Source of the DNA: a virus
DNA length: 64,000 nucleotides
Direction: 5' to 3' (one strand)
IMG/VR virus record: IMGVR_UViG_3300033562_000245
Location: 32,001 to 96,000 of that record
Shown here: positions 20,319 through 30,353 of the stretch, in pieces
Position numbering within the stretch: the first letter of the stretch is position 1
How the letters are laid out: each line of letters starts with the position of its first letter
The notes under the pieces: generated by a model
Told to the model about the DNA's origin: nothing
The model's database searches: none
The model's input: only the letters and a program-made list of their open reading frames with translations
Translations under genes and position numbers: made by a program

Positions 20319-21827
20319 TTAATTTCTCCCTACCGACGAGAGTATTCGGTAGGACAGGAAGAAAAAAAGTTGTTGCATGTCCGCCGGATAGATATCTGAT
20401 TTGATATCGTTAGGTGTTCCGCCGCACTTAGGACATTTGACTCCCGGGTATGCCATAAAGGATACTTTCGTTTTCTTGATAAACTCATCCTCAATTCGAG
20501 TCATAATATCTTTTTCTTGAATAACGAAAATATCTAAAGCATGAAGAATAATATCTCTATCTGCAGATATTGACCAATTAGGTCCTTGGACATCAGTTTC
20601 TATTTCAAAGACCCAAGGAAGATAAGAGTAAGAAGCAAGAGACAATAGTTTCTGTACAAAATTCTTAGCTTCCACAGATTCACCATGAAGACCTGAGAAT
20701 AATTTAGCGGCAAGCGTATGTCCAATCTGAAGATATTTCCACATAGAAGGGGTTTCACAGTGAATGGTTACCCCATCAGAAACAATCTTTCTTTCGAAGA
20801 CCAGCTTTTCTTTATAAGCTTTAATCATTTCTAAATTAATAGAATCGCTTTCTGCTTGAAGAACAGTTTTGATATTATCATCGGTCAGAAGTTTATAATC
20901 ATTATATCTGATCTTATTAAGATCTATCTTAACAGTTTCTACGTGGCCACAATCTTTGTGAATACAAGGAATGTTATATTCCAGACCGTCTTTAAATAGG
21001 AGTTGGCACACTGCTCCTATGAGTATATCGTAATCCTGAATATCTAGAGCCTTCTCAAACTCTTTCGACGTTTCCCAATTCTTTAAAGATGAGTCGATAA
21101 TACTACCAACAATAAGATCCATGAACTGCTGTTTGATTCTAAAATCTTGGAATAGGTAGTAATGGCCGCCGTACAACCGACCATAGATTTTATCTTCGAT
21201 ATCAACAGATTCAAAGAATGAATTTAATTCTGCGATTGAGAATGGTTTAATAACCACCCAAATACCTGAATTGAATAAAGGTGTTTTAGCATACCCGTGA
21301 ATATTTCTAATCAAAGATACTTTGCCTTGTTTACCTGATAGTCTTTTGGGTCCTGCTGGTATAGATCCTTGGAGAGGTTCCGGCATGCTTATTTGCGAAC
21401 CAAACATACCCTCAGCAGCAGCAACTCCTCCATGTTTTTTAGCATCTGTCAGCATTTCTGCTATGAGGTTTACATTAGTTTCCATACGGTTCATATGGTT
21501 ATAAACTTCTCTAATTTTAGACTCATAAGAATCGTCATCTTTAAGATTCTTAGTAAGAAGATCTTTTTCTTCTTTGGTTCCTTTATCGAGAATATTAATA
21601 AAAGCTTCAACAATTTCATTGACTTCAGGTCTTGATTTATTGAATAGTACAAGTTCATCGATAAGAGCCGAAGCAGTCCCTATTTTCTTAGGCTCAAGGA
21701 TCTCTTTATCAGAGGAAATAGACGGGGTCTGTGTAGGTATAGTAGGCACTTCAATTACTCGCACAGGTTCCTGCGAAACAGGCGTCGAACTTTCTTCGTT
21801 CGATTTGACATTGTCATCGATTGTCAT
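20319..21827 (-). CDS. phiKZ gp101-like virion/tail assembly protein (T4 gp26/gp51-like Cys pairs)
   Basis: WVVIKPFSIAEL motif; CIHKDCGH and CPKCG Cys pairs; P/S/E-rich N-terminus. Confidence 0.55.
   Translation of the reverse strand: MTIDDNVKSNEESSTPVSQEPVRVIEVPTIPTQTPSISSDKEILEPKKIGTASALIDELVLFNKSRPEVNEIVEAFINILDKGTKEEKDLLTKNLKDDDSYESKIREVYNHMNRMETNVNLIAEMLTDAKKHGGVAAAEGMFGSQISMPEPLQGSIPAGPKRLSGKQGKVSLIRNIHGYAKTPLFNSGIWVVIKPFSIAELNSFFESVDIEDKIYGRLYGGHYYLFQDFRIKQQFMDLIVGSIIDSSLKNWETSKEFEKALDIQDYDILIGAVCQLLFKDGLEYNIPCIHKDCGHVETVKIDLNKIRYNDYKLLTDDNIKTVLQAESDSINLEMIKAYKEKLVFERKIVSDGVTIHCETPSMWKYLQIGHTLAAKLFSGLHGESVEAKNFVQKLLSLASYSYLPWVFEIETDVQGPNWSISADRDIILHALDIFVIQEKDIMTRIEDEFIKKTKVSFMAYPGVKCPKCGGTPNDIKSDIYPADMQQLFFFLSYRILSSVGRN
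20329..20367 (-). promoter_or_regulatory. Putative -1 programmed ribosomal frameshift signal
   Basis: Minus strand: in-frame T_TTT_TTC heptamer (20367-20361), 7-nt spacer, 8-bp stem cctaccga/tcggtagg with a 9-nt loop; the -1 frame continues into 19957..20268. Confidence 0.6.
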
Positions 21828-21858
21828 TTATATTGTTCCTTTTATTGTTGACGTTAAT

Positions 21859-22398
21859 CTACATTAACATTAATTTATTGTAACACGCTTTAATAACAAC
21901 AGCGTCCCACAAAGCATTGTGTTTACAGGGCTCGACTTTTAAAATATCTTTCACAAAGTCTTCTCTGCTTGTGTCGGGATCTACTCCTTTTATTTTAAAC
22001 AGCGTCGATAGATCTAGTGGGATGTAAGATATGTTCTTAGGTATATCAAAAGCAGTCCCAAAAAGATTATTAAATAGAACCCAGTCGTACGCATAACAAT
22101 CAGACCACATTTCTATTTTATCATACGCTGATAACCACTCTAAAAGATATTCTCTTATTTTGTCTTTACCGTGACGGATATAAGTATCTCCAGACTTAGC
22201 TACACGAATTGAATTAGGTTTTAATATTAGTTTGTTTATAATATTAGTTTGTAACCATAGATCAATCTGAGTCTTATCATAATCAGTAAATTCAGCATAA
22301 AACATTTTACTATCGTCGGCTACGATACCTAAGGATATTAAAGTAGTTCCCTGATGAAGACCTGTGAATTCGGTATCAAAAAATAAATTGGTAGCCAT
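21859..22398 (-). CDS. DEDDh 3'-5' exoribonuclease (Rv2179c/RNase AS-like)
   Basis: FFDTEFTG, LISLGIV, FYAE, WSDCYAYDW, HNALWDA motifs. Confidence 0.85.
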   Translation of the reverse strand: MATNLFFDTEFTGLHQGTTLISLGIVADDSKMFYAEFTDYDKTQIDLWLQTNIINKLILKPNSIRVAKSGDTYIRHGKDKIREYLLEWLSAYDKIEMWSDCYAYDWVLFNNLFGTAFDIPKNISYIPLDLSTLFKIKGVDPDTSREDFVKDILKVEPCKHNALWDAVVIKACYNKLMLM

Positions 22399-22404
22399 GT
22401 GAAC

Positions 22405-22878
22405 TTACCTTTCCGGCAATAAAAAGAAATCGGACAAGTGGTCTCCGAATGACATTACTATTTTAATACAACCTTCTTGGTTTTCGCATTCTTTAATCCA
22501 AAGGTCCCAGTTCTCATCTAGTAGCTTAATGAAGCCTTCATTATTACCTCTTTCTTTATACCTTTGGATATACTCATTTTTTAAAGTTATATGCGGATAT
22601 AAAAGAATAAATGGAAGATTCTCTTTAACCAAAGCTTCTCTAACGAGCTTATGACTTGAGACGCAAATATAGTCAACCTTTCCGATTTTTTCTTTAATAT
22701 GGGAAATATAATTCCCAGGAAAAAATTTCTTATCAAATTTACTAGAATCGGAATCTAAAACCGTATCAGGTATCCCATCAGCACTATCAAAAAAGTGACT
22801 CTTTCCTGTACCAGGAAAAGCTGATATTATTATTGTATCTTTAATTATAGATTCAAGCGGCTCTATTTTTATACCCAT
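22405..22878 (-). CDS. Small P-loop NTPase/kinase-like protein
   Basis: Walker A IISAFPGTGKS near the N-terminus; LDSDSS. Confidence 0.75.
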   Translation of the reverse strand: MGIKIEPLESIIKDTIIISAFPGTGKSHFFDSADGIPDTVLDSDSSKFDKKFFPGNYISHIKEKIGKVDYICVSSHKLVREALVKENLPFILLYPHITLKNEYIQRYKERGNNEGFIKLLDENWDLWIKECENQEGCIKIVMSFGDHLSDFFLLPER

Positions 22879-22965
22879 TATACCCCCTACCTAGACTGAA
22901 AAATTGAATGTGCAGAATTATTAACATATGATTGGTTAGAACATTAAAAAAATAATTTATCTATG

Positions 22966-22990
22966 TAGTTGGGGGCAATGCCCCCAACTA
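22966..22990. terminator. Terminator-like hairpin
   Basis: tagttgggggc-aat-gcccccaacta. Confidence 0.65.
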
Positions 22991-22994
22991 TCAG

Positions 22995-23819
22995 TCAAAT
23001 CAATAGGAAATATAAAGGCTGAACACTTCTAACTATAACGGCAGCATCTTCATAAAAGAATTCATAATAAAGAATTGACCCTGATAATACGATTACAGCT
23101 ACACACACAGCGTCTTTTTGTGTCTTTTCATAAGCTATAGCTACTGTATTTAAACCCTCTATAAATGGTAAATGAGTTTCTGAATAGGTAAACCCCGGAC
23201 AGCTTTCCGAATTGATATGAAGAAAATTAACCTCGCTTTTAATAGCGCAATTCAATTTTAATTGTATCTTTTCTTTTTTAACTGTACTATCTTTTTCTAC
23301 CAATAAAGAATCTATTATAGAGTCCAGAGAATGTGTATATATAACCATGCTCTTTTCTATTTCATAGTTCCATTCGATCTCTGCTTCTGTTTTTTTATTT
23401 TTAAATAATTTCTCAACTGTATTAATATAATGATTAAAGTCAGGTATTATTATTAAATGATCCTTTTTAATCAGTTCAGGAAAACATTCAAACATTAAAT
23501 TAGTAAAAGTTTCTTCTTTAAACGTAACAGAATGCAGGATTGTTTTATTTATGTTTAATACTAATAACCCATCGTTAATGTTATTATCTTTCTTATTTGA
23601 ATTTACCAGAAAATTCCACTTATTATCTTTGTAATATAGAAATTTAGATCGTTTACTAAACATAGAACTTGTATATGTCTTTATAAGTTTAATCGCATCT
23701 TTCCTTAGAACTTTAACATTCTTTTTAGGCGATACTATTTTCACCTTATTGCTTTCTAATTTATCTAAATCTATAAATCCATCTAAAGATAATAAATCTA
23801 CACTTTCTTCGTCCGACAT
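22995..23819 (-). CDS. Hypothetical protein
   Basis: 274-aa ORF with RBS AAGGA. Confidence 0.6.
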   Translation of the reverse strand: MSDEESVDLLSLDGFIDLDKLESNKVKIVSPKKNVKVLRKDAIKLIKTYTSSMFSKRSKFLYYKDNKWNFLVNSNKKDNNINDGLLVLNINKTILHSVTFKEETFTNLMFECFPELIKKDHLIIIPDFNHYINTVEKLFKNKKTEAEIEWNYEIEKSMVIYTHSLDSIIDSLLVEKDSTVKKEKIQLKLNCAIKSEVNFLHINSESCPGFTYSETHLPFIEGLNTVAIAYEKTQKDAVCVAVIVLSGSILYYEFFYEDAAVIVRSVQPLYFLLI

Positions 23820-23846
23820 ACCATAAATCCTTTTAGAATTGTCTAT

Positions 23847-24044
23847 TTATCTTTTTCCGATAGCCCATATTCTATTAAAGAAACTTATCTTTTTAATCGG
23901 CTTTCTTGTTGTTATAGGTTTTCGCATGCAATCGTACAGCATAACATCTAATTTTCTACTTTTCTTCTCTAGCTGAGTCAAGGCTAAATGTAATTCTGGC
24001 GTTAGATAGTTTGTTACTGAGTGACATGGCACACATTCTTTCAT
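23847..24044 (-). CDS. Hypothetical protein
   Basis: 65-aa ORF in the same minus-strand run. Confidence 0.5.
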   Translation of the reverse strand: MKECVPCHSVTNYLTPELHLALTQLEKKSRKLDVMLYDCMRKPITTRKPIKKISFFNRIWAIGKR

Positions 24045-24087
24045 TTTTATTCAACGTCCTGTTTGTTTGAAATACCTCGATTAAAGT

Positions 24088-24663
24088 TTAGATACTTCTT
24101 TCCACGTATCGAATAAAATTCACAGGGAATAATTTGTTATACTTGCCTATTACTTCTGTTGAAGTCTGCTTGATCTGAGTTTTGTGTCCGGCTAGACTAA
24201 TATTCGCACGATCTATTAACTTTGCAGCAGTCTCTACTAAAAGCATAGCGCTCAAGAATTCGTTGTCCAAAGCAATATTAAGATTACTAATATCTTCAGT
24301 GCTCAATTCTGCAACGGTAGAAACAGAATTTCCACCAAAAGTATTAAAGGAGTTAATAGTCTCTACAAGATCTAAAGTGTAATTCTTTTCTCTCTTAAAT
24401 TTAATATCTTTCGTACGCAAATACGTCGCCGAAGTAAGTTTCTTGTTTACTATTTCCCATGAAGAAATAGATACATCTCCGTTATTAAGCATAGCATCGA
24501 AAGTCATTTTAACTGCTTTTTCTATCGCAGACTTATCGGCATTCTCTCTTGTTTCCGGGCTAAGTTGAAACTGGATATATTCTACCAATAAATTAATACA
24601 AACACCTTCTTTTATTAGATGTTTCGTCTTGTCCATTACAATCTCATTCGCGTCTATTCCCAC
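24088..24663 (-). CDS. Hypothetical protein
   Basis: 191-aa ORF, GTG start with AAGGGGA RBS. Confidence 0.6.
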   Translation of the reverse strand: MGIDANEIVMDKTKHLIKEGVCINLLVEYIQFQLSPETRENADKSAIEKAVKMTFDAMLNNGDVSISSWEIVNKKLTSATYLRTKDIKFKREKNYTLDLVETINSFNTFGGNSVSTVAELSTEDISNLNIALDNEFLSAMLLVETAAKLIDRANISLAGHKTQIKQTSTEVIGKYNKLFPVNFIRYVERSI

Positions 24664-24688
24664 AATTAGATCCCCTTATGTTTTTATT

Positions 24689-24696
24689 TATATTAC
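24689..24696 (+). promoter_or_regulatory. TATATTAC motif upstream of the DNA polymerase
   Basis: Exact motif ~73 nt before the ATG, in a divergent intergenic gap. Confidence 0.45.
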
Positions 24697-24768
24697 AGTC
24701 GAAAGTATATTTTTAAGAACTTTTACTATAGAATAGCTAAAATTATCGATAACTAATGGAGCTCTATC

Positions 24769-26895
24769 ATGAATAAAAATATAGATTTAACTTCACAAAA
24801 TTCTAATAAAAAGAATTCAAGGGAAGATGTTTTAAGAGAGTATTTTACAAACGTTTCTACTTTTGTTTCAACAATGACCGAGGACGATATAAAAGATGTC
24901 GAATCTTTTATGCGGGGTCATTTAAAAGAAAAGATACAGTACCCAACAATAAGAAACGTACAACGAAAAGGTGGGCAGTTAAAGACGGTAGATGAAAATC
25001 TATATAGTTTTACTAAACGTACTAATGATGCGTTCCATATAGTTTCACCTAGCGGCAGTAGTTATAAAAGAATAAGTAAAATGTATGGGCTTATAGCTAA
25101 ATTTATAAGAAGCTTAGTTGATAAAAGAGACCAGGCTAAAAACAGAATGAAGGTATACGAAAAAGAAGGAAAGAAAGTACTTGCTGAAAACGAGAATTAT
25201 AACCAAGCTAACGCTAAGATAAATAACAATGCGTTATCTGGCGCTACTCTATCAGAATTTAATCTGTTTTATGATGCGGGTAATTATAATAGTATTACAT
25301 CTTCTGCTCGAACTGTTGTCACCGCATCTTTTACGAATATAGAACAGCTTCTCGGTGGTAACTTTGCTTTCTTTGATATCGATCAAGTAATCAACCACGT
25401 AGTTCTATGTCAAAGAATAAAGCCCTCTGATGAAGTTATCCAACAAACTATAAATAAATATAGATTGTACACACCTACCGTGGTTGACGTTATAAATTTC
25501 TTATTCGAATGTATTGAAATGTACATACTTCCTACGGATTTTATTCCCGTTAAAGAAACTATAACTGAGTTGTGCAATAAATTAAATCAACATACTTTAA
25601 TTTTTATTTATTATTATAATAATTTAAGTCATATTTTCTTTAAGAACTCGGCTATATTTAAACCTTGGGTTAAAAGATTTATGGATATTAACTCAGCAGA
25701 CAAGATCACAACCAATCCGTCTGATCTATTAGAAATAGATGAGGATATATTAGCTATAGCTACTGTCTGCAACGCATCTTTATTTGAAGGAAAGAAAACA
25801 AAAGATCTAATTGATAACTTCCCAGAAACTGCATGTAAAATAGCAGATATAAATAAACATAGGCAAAAACAAATAGATGCTATTGGTTTGCTGTTAGACA
25901 CCTTTATTTACTCTAGTCATGTTTCTCCTAATTTACATGTACAAAAGAAAATGATGAGAAAGACAGTTGTTATAGCAGATACCGATTCTAATTTTTTCAG
26001 TACCATCAATTGGGTTAGATGGTACAGTAACAATGAATTTGAAGACATACCTGAGAATGATGAAATAACTATGCTTGTTATTTATTTGGTCACTAAAATA
26101 ACAGCAGCAATGCTGTATAAATTAGCTATGTCTTTAGGTGCGGAAAAGGATAAGGCTAAACTTCTTATAATGAAGAATGAATTCTTTTATAAAGTTCTTC
26201 TTACTATTTTGGATATGAAGAAGCATTATGTTGGTCTCCAATCTATTAAAGAGGGATTTATACTACCTAAACCTAAATTAGATTTAAAAGGTGTAGGATT
26301 AAGAGGTAGTTCGATATGTAAAGAATCTACCGATACGTTTAAAGATATTCTAATTAACGATATCCTACATAAAGGTATAACAGGGAAAATAAGCGGTCAA
26401 GATATAATCAACAAAGTTGTTAATTTTGAATATGCCGTATACGATTCTCTGTATAGAGGAGAAACAACCTATTTAAAAAATACAAGTATTAGATTACCGG
26501 AGGATTATAAAAATCCTGGCGCAGCTGCCTATAAATATGCCGAAGCATGGAATGTTATTTTCGATGGTATATATGATAAAATTATGTTACCTACAAAATC
26601 AACTATAGTCCCTCTTAACAAACCTTCTAAGCAGTTTATGGACAACTTGGAGGCTACCAGCCCTATCGTATTTAAGAACTTTAGCGCTTCAATCAGAGAT
26701 AATGGATATCCTTCTTTTATAGCAATCCATCCTCTATCAGAAACAGTGCCTAAAGAATTACTACCTTTAGTTGACGCAAGACCTATCGTTTATCACAATT
26801 TATCCGGCGTATACAACGTACTTAGAAATATAGGTATATGCATAGGGTACTCAGATAAAGAACTTTTATTTTCAGATATTTATGGGAGCAGATAA
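24769..26895 (+). CDS. Family B DNA polymerase subunit, phiKZ gp50-like
   Basis: KINNNALSG (motif B-like), IADTDSNFF (motif C), IMKNEFFY, KKHYVG, LDLKGVGLRGS; length typical of gp50. Confidence 0.85.
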   Translation: MNKNIDLTSQNSNKKNSREDVLREYFTNVSTFVSTMTEDDIKDVESFMRGHLKEKIQYPTIRNVQRKGGQLKTVDENLYSFTKRTNDAFHIVSPSGSSYKRISKMYGLIAKFIRSLVDKRDQAKNRMKVYEKEGKKVLAENENYNQANAKINNNALSGATLSEFNLFYDAGNYNSITSSARTVVTASFTNIEQLLGGNFAFFDIDQVINHVVLCQRIKPSDEVIQQTINKYRLYTPTVVDVINFLFECIEMYILPTDFIPVKETITELCNKLNQHTLIFIYYYNNLSHIFFKNSAIFKPWVKRFMDINSADKITTNPSDLLEIDEDILAIATVCNASLFEGKKTKDLIDNFPETACKIADINKHRQKQIDAIGLLLDTFIYSSHVSPNLHVQKKMMRKTVVIADTDSNFFSTINWVRWYSNNEFEDIPENDEITMLVIYLVTKITAAMLYKLAMSLGAEKDKAKLLIMKNEFFYKVLLTILDMKKHYVGLQSIKEGFILPKPKLDLKGVGLRGSSICKESTDTFKDILINDILHKGITGKISGQDIINKVVNFEYAVYDSLYRGETTYLKNTSIRLPEDYKNPGAAAYKYAEAWNVIFDGIYDKIMLPTKSTIVPLNKPSKQFMDNLEATSPIVFKNFSASIRDNGYPSFIAIHPLSETVPKELLPLVDARPIVYHNLSGVYNVLRNIGICIGYSDKELLFSDIYGSR

Positions 26896-26897
26896 CA

Positions 26898-27488
26898 ATG
26901 ACACCGACTAAACCAAATAGTTTGATAGACGAAGAAAATTTAGAATCATTATTGAGCTTTGAGCTTGAGTCTAAAAAAGAATACGAATTTTATAAAAACA
27001 CAGACAGACCGCCAAGTAAATATGAAATCGAGATATACGACACACTACAAGAATATACAAAAAGTAGAGACTCTATCGTTCTAGTCGATGTACTAAATAT
27101 CCTAGAAATAAAACCTCCACTAGATATCGAGGTATGGTATCATGTCACTATAGAAGAAATATATAAGAGGGTAGAAAAATATAAACTCGGCGATAATAAA
27201 ATGGAAGAAATGGTAGCTCTAAAAAGAAAACAAAGACAAGAGCAATGCAATGAAGTCTCCGATTTAGTATACGAACAGGCGGTCGCTAAAGTTCCTTTTA
27301 AACAAATAGTACTTAATTTAAAAGAAAAAGGATACTTAAGAACAGATCTAACTACCGATTGGTGTAATGCCGACGTAGTCAGTATTTTGGCTGTCAGAAA
27401 AAGAAAAGGTCTACCCTCTACTACATTCTCAAGAATCCATGCTGGTAGCAACTACGGTATTAATTTTCAAAAAGGCTGGGCTCAATGA
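26898..27488 (+). CDS. Hypothetical protein
   Basis: 196-aa ORF abutting the polymerase. Confidence 0.55.
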   Translation: MTPTKPNSLIDEENLESLLSFELESKKEYEFYKNTDRPPSKYEIEIYDTLQEYTKSRDSIVLVDVLNILEIKPPLDIEVWYHVTIEEIYKRVEKYKLGDNKMEEMVALKRKQRQEQCNEVSDLVYEQAVAKVPFKQIVLNLKEKGYLRTDLTTDWCNADVVSILAVRKRKGLPSTTFSRIHAGSNYGINFQKGWAQ

Positions 27489-27940
27489 TGGTATTGGTGT
27501 TGTTATTTTGTTTTGCTTTATCTGTTTACCTTCTACCTGTAGCAAAAAGATTGCGGACAGAACGAGAAAAAAGAATTAAAGAAGACATAGGAAATGCAGT
27601 CCCGATCTTTTTTAATGTGATCGGCGCACATCCGATAGACGCAGATGGAATCTTAATAGTTATAAAAACTACTAAGACAATTCTAACGTATTATATCGGA
27701 ACAACAAGTATTAATAAAATTCAACTTATCTGTACATCAGATAACGCACCCGAGCGATACGTTTTAGTTCTCAATAAAGATGTAAAATATCTAACTCTTT
27801 ATTTTCAGAACAATAAGCAATTAGAATTTTATTTCGATCTTGAAAGTAAAAATTGGATACATATTGAAGATGATTATTCTGACGAATCTAATAAATCTCG
27901 CGATTTAATGGTAGATTCGGCAATATGTTCTATCCATTGA
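27485..27940 (+). CDS. N-terminally membrane-anchored protein, paralog family A
   Basis: Hydrophobic N-terminus; C-terminal YLTLYFQNNKQLEFYFDLESKNWIH. Confidence 0.6.
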   Translation: MMVLVLLFCFALSVYLLPVAKRLRTEREKRIKEDIGNAVPIFFNVIGAHPIDADGILIVIKTTKTILTYYIGTTSINKIQLICTSDNAPERYVLVLNKDVKYLTLYFQNNKQLEFYFDLESKNWIHIEDDYSDESNKSRDLMVDSAICSIH

Positions 27941-27964
27941 AAATGAATAATAAAAGGAGTTAAA

Positions 27965-28372
27965 ATGAACATCTATGCTGCTATTACTTATTTCTCTATA
28001 GTAGGCGTCTTATTTTTGATATGTATTTCCTATTACCGAAAAATGTTCGTAGAAGTAACTATATACCCTATTAAGTATATAATCGGCGAATGTGAACAAA
28101 TAGACAATATGACAATTATTAGGACAATAGGTGTTACACATGTTTATATAACAAATAACACAGGAGAACTAATAACAACTAAGGTTCCCATACATAAACA
28201 AATTATGAGATACATCGGAGTTTATTATAACGGTTATAAATATTTAGTTATATATTTGATGGATAACACTACTGTATATTTTAAATGGGACTCTTCTATC
28301 AAAAGTTGGGTAGAAGTGTCAACCGTATTTTTAGAAATTACAACGTATAAAAACAAAAAGGAGTTCACTTAA
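27965..28372 (+). CDS. N-terminally membrane-anchored protein, paralog family A
   Basis: TM helix; YLVIYLMDNTTVYFKWDSSIKSWVE. Confidence 0.6.
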   Translation: MNIYAAITYFSIVGVLFLICISYYRKMFVEVTIYPIKYIIGECEQIDNMTIIRTIGVTHVYITNNTGELITTKVPIHKQIMRYIGVYYNGYKYLVIYLMDNTTVYFKWDSSIKSWVEVSTVFLEITTYKNKKEFT

Positions 28373-28374
28373 AA

Positions 28375-28794
28375 ATGTTAAAAGAATATCGTTATTATAT
28401 TTTCTCAACCTTAGCAGTACTCACCCAAAGTTATTTATTGTTATCAAATACAATGCCCCAGAAACTGCATATGATGCTCACAATAAATGCGTTGTTTATT
28501 TGTTTTTATATTTTAGTATTAAAGAATATTTTTATTAAAGTTAGTATCATCGACGACGGTGACGTTGGTATTAATTTAATAAAGATAAAAATATTAGACT
28601 CTTACTACGTATTCTTTAATACACAATCAAACACTCCTAAATTCGTCTGTAAGACGAATCGAGAGATCAAAGAATTCCATTATAATAAGATCAGATGTGG
28701 CCGGCCTCACCTCGCTCTTTATTATAGTAATGGTGTACGGATATCCTATAAGTACGAAAATGACAAATGGAAGAAACAGCTTACAAACAACTAA
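28375..28794 (+). CDS. Membrane protein, paralog family A
   Basis: Two hydrophobic segments; HLALYYSNGVRISYKYENDKWKK. Confidence 0.55.
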   Translation: MLKEYRYYIFSTLAVLTQSYLLLSNTMPQKLHMMLTINALFICFYILVLKNIFIKVSIIDDGDVGINLIKIKILDSYYVFFNTQSNTPKFVCKTNREIKEFHYNKIRCGRPHLALYYSNGVRISYKYENDKWKKQLTNN

Positions 28795-28815
28795 CAATAT
28801 ACACTGAGGCCAATT

Positions 28816-29319
28816 ATGTTTTCCGTCGACGTCCCCACCGCGAAATATAAAAAACTAAGAATAAAAATGAGCTACTCTAAGCCGGGCCATTCTAAACCAT
28901 ACATTAGTACATCTTTTATAACCTATCCTAGCGAATACCAAATAGGGGATGAAGGAGATATAGCGGTCTGCGAGTATAAAGTAGGTATAAGTTTCATAGC
29001 TTTTATACCTGCGATATATCTTCCAGATAATAAAAAGGTCATAATGGTATTAGTAAAAAATAGAAAAGCTCATAAATTTTTACCGTACGCTGAAGGTATA
29101 GACGACATCGACGATTCGTTCATCAATGAAAATGCCACTACTATTATTCTATCTAGAAATTATAAAGACTCGTTGAGACGATTGATATTTTCTAAGGATC
29201 TAAATAATAATTGGAACTTTAACCATTGTCAAGTTATTAGACTAAATCCAGATCTAATATTAGCAGGGGCTTATATAGAGCAAATAGAAGAAAAAGTAAC
29301 TTTTAGATTTCCTAACTAG
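28816..29319 (+). CDS. Hypothetical protein
   Basis: 167-aa ORF, RBS GAGG. Confidence 0.55.
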   Translation: MFSVDVPTAKYKKLRIKMSYSKPGHSKPYISTSFITYPSEYQIGDEGDIAVCEYKVGISFIAFIPAIYLPDNKKVIMVLVKNRKAHKFLPYAEGIDDIDDSFINENATTIILSRNYKDSLRRLIFSKDLNNNWNFNHCQVIRLNPDLILAGAYIEQIEEKVTFRFPN

Positions 29320-29360
29320 AACAATTAAACATTTTAACCGAGATAAAAAGGAACTGTAAG

Positions 29361-29786
29361 ATGAAAACAATCATAGGGATTGGTGGTGGACTAATATATG
29401 ACCCGAACGAGTGTATCTTTATACATACGAATAAACATCAAGAAACCACAGCATTTAATAAGAAGCTAGTAGGAAAACTAGTTACCTCTATTAAATACCA
29501 CAAATCAAAACCTAAAGAAAAAGTTAAAAAGGTTAAGAATTATTTAATCGTACTTTTGGATAGTGATCATAAAACATTACTTCAAGTAAGTTTCACAAAG
29601 AAGAATGAATGGTTATCGGCCACAGAGACACTTATGTCTAGTGATTTACGATTATTCGCTAGTGAAGGATACATACCAAGACCTTGGACCGAACCTCCAT
29701 TCGGATTCCCGACGGTACCCCAGGACACGCTAAACTCTAAAACAAATTTCGACCATCAGATCCGTCCGGAACTAGTAAAATACTAA
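29361..29786 (+). CDS. Hypothetical protein
   Basis: 141-aa ORF, RBS AAGGA. Confidence 0.55.
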   Translation: MKTIIGIGGGLIYDPNECIFIHTNKHQETTAFNKKLVGKLVTSIKYHKSKPKEKVKKVKNYLIVLLDSDHKTLLQVSFTKKNEWLSATETLMSSDLRLFASEGYIPRPWTEPPFGFPTVPQDTLNSKTNFDHQIRPELVKY

Positions 29787-29812
29787 TAACACTTCTCACC
29801 AAAGGAACTAAA

Positions 29813-30286
29813 ATGCAAGAAATGCCTATTATAGAAAATGCTATCGTTACTGTAGAAGATAGCGTAGGAATAGAAATTCCTACCCAAGAAGTAGAGGAAA
29901 CTCTCGACGTAGAAACAATGGGAAAGAAACTAAATAATATTAAAAAATTAGCTAAGATCCTTCGTTCTGCCACCGGCAAAACATCGCAAACAAAGAAACC
30001 GAAATTTCTAGTTCTTGAACTGGATGAACCAACTTCAGGGTCATTCTATGACGTGTTCCGTGTTGGAAAGGATATGACTTTCCCTCAAGACCCCGGATCA
30101 GCTTTCAACATAAATAAAATTTCTCTTCGTGGCCTAGTTCTTTATAAATCCAGAGGTAACACCCCTCTAAAAAGAAATGATACTGTTTTGATTGAAACTG
30201 TGTGCGGGGGAAATAGTGTCGATATTTTTGCTTTCAAAGTTATAGAATCTATAGGCCGGAAAGTTCGTCTTGTGATTATGTCATAA
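29813..30286 (+). CDS. Hypothetical protein
   Basis: 157-aa ORF, acidic N-terminus, RBS AAGGA. Confidence 0.55.
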   Translation: MQEMPIIENAIVTVEDSVGIEIPTQEVEETLDVETMGKKLNNIKKLAKILRSATGKTSQTKKPKFLVLELDEPTSGSFYDVFRVGKDMTFPQDPGSAFNINKISLRGLVLYKSRGNTPLKRNDTVLIETVCGGNSVDIFAFKVIESIGRKVRLVIMS

Positions 30287-30293
30287 ACTTACC

Positions 30294-30325
30294 TATAGAC
30301 GAGGTCCGAATGGACCTCGTCTATA
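30294..30325. terminator. Terminator-like hairpin
   Basis: 14-bp stem tatagacgaggtcc/ggacctcgtctata. Confidence 0.7.
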
Positions 30326-30353
30326 ATTTCATTTTATCATAAAGGAGATTATT

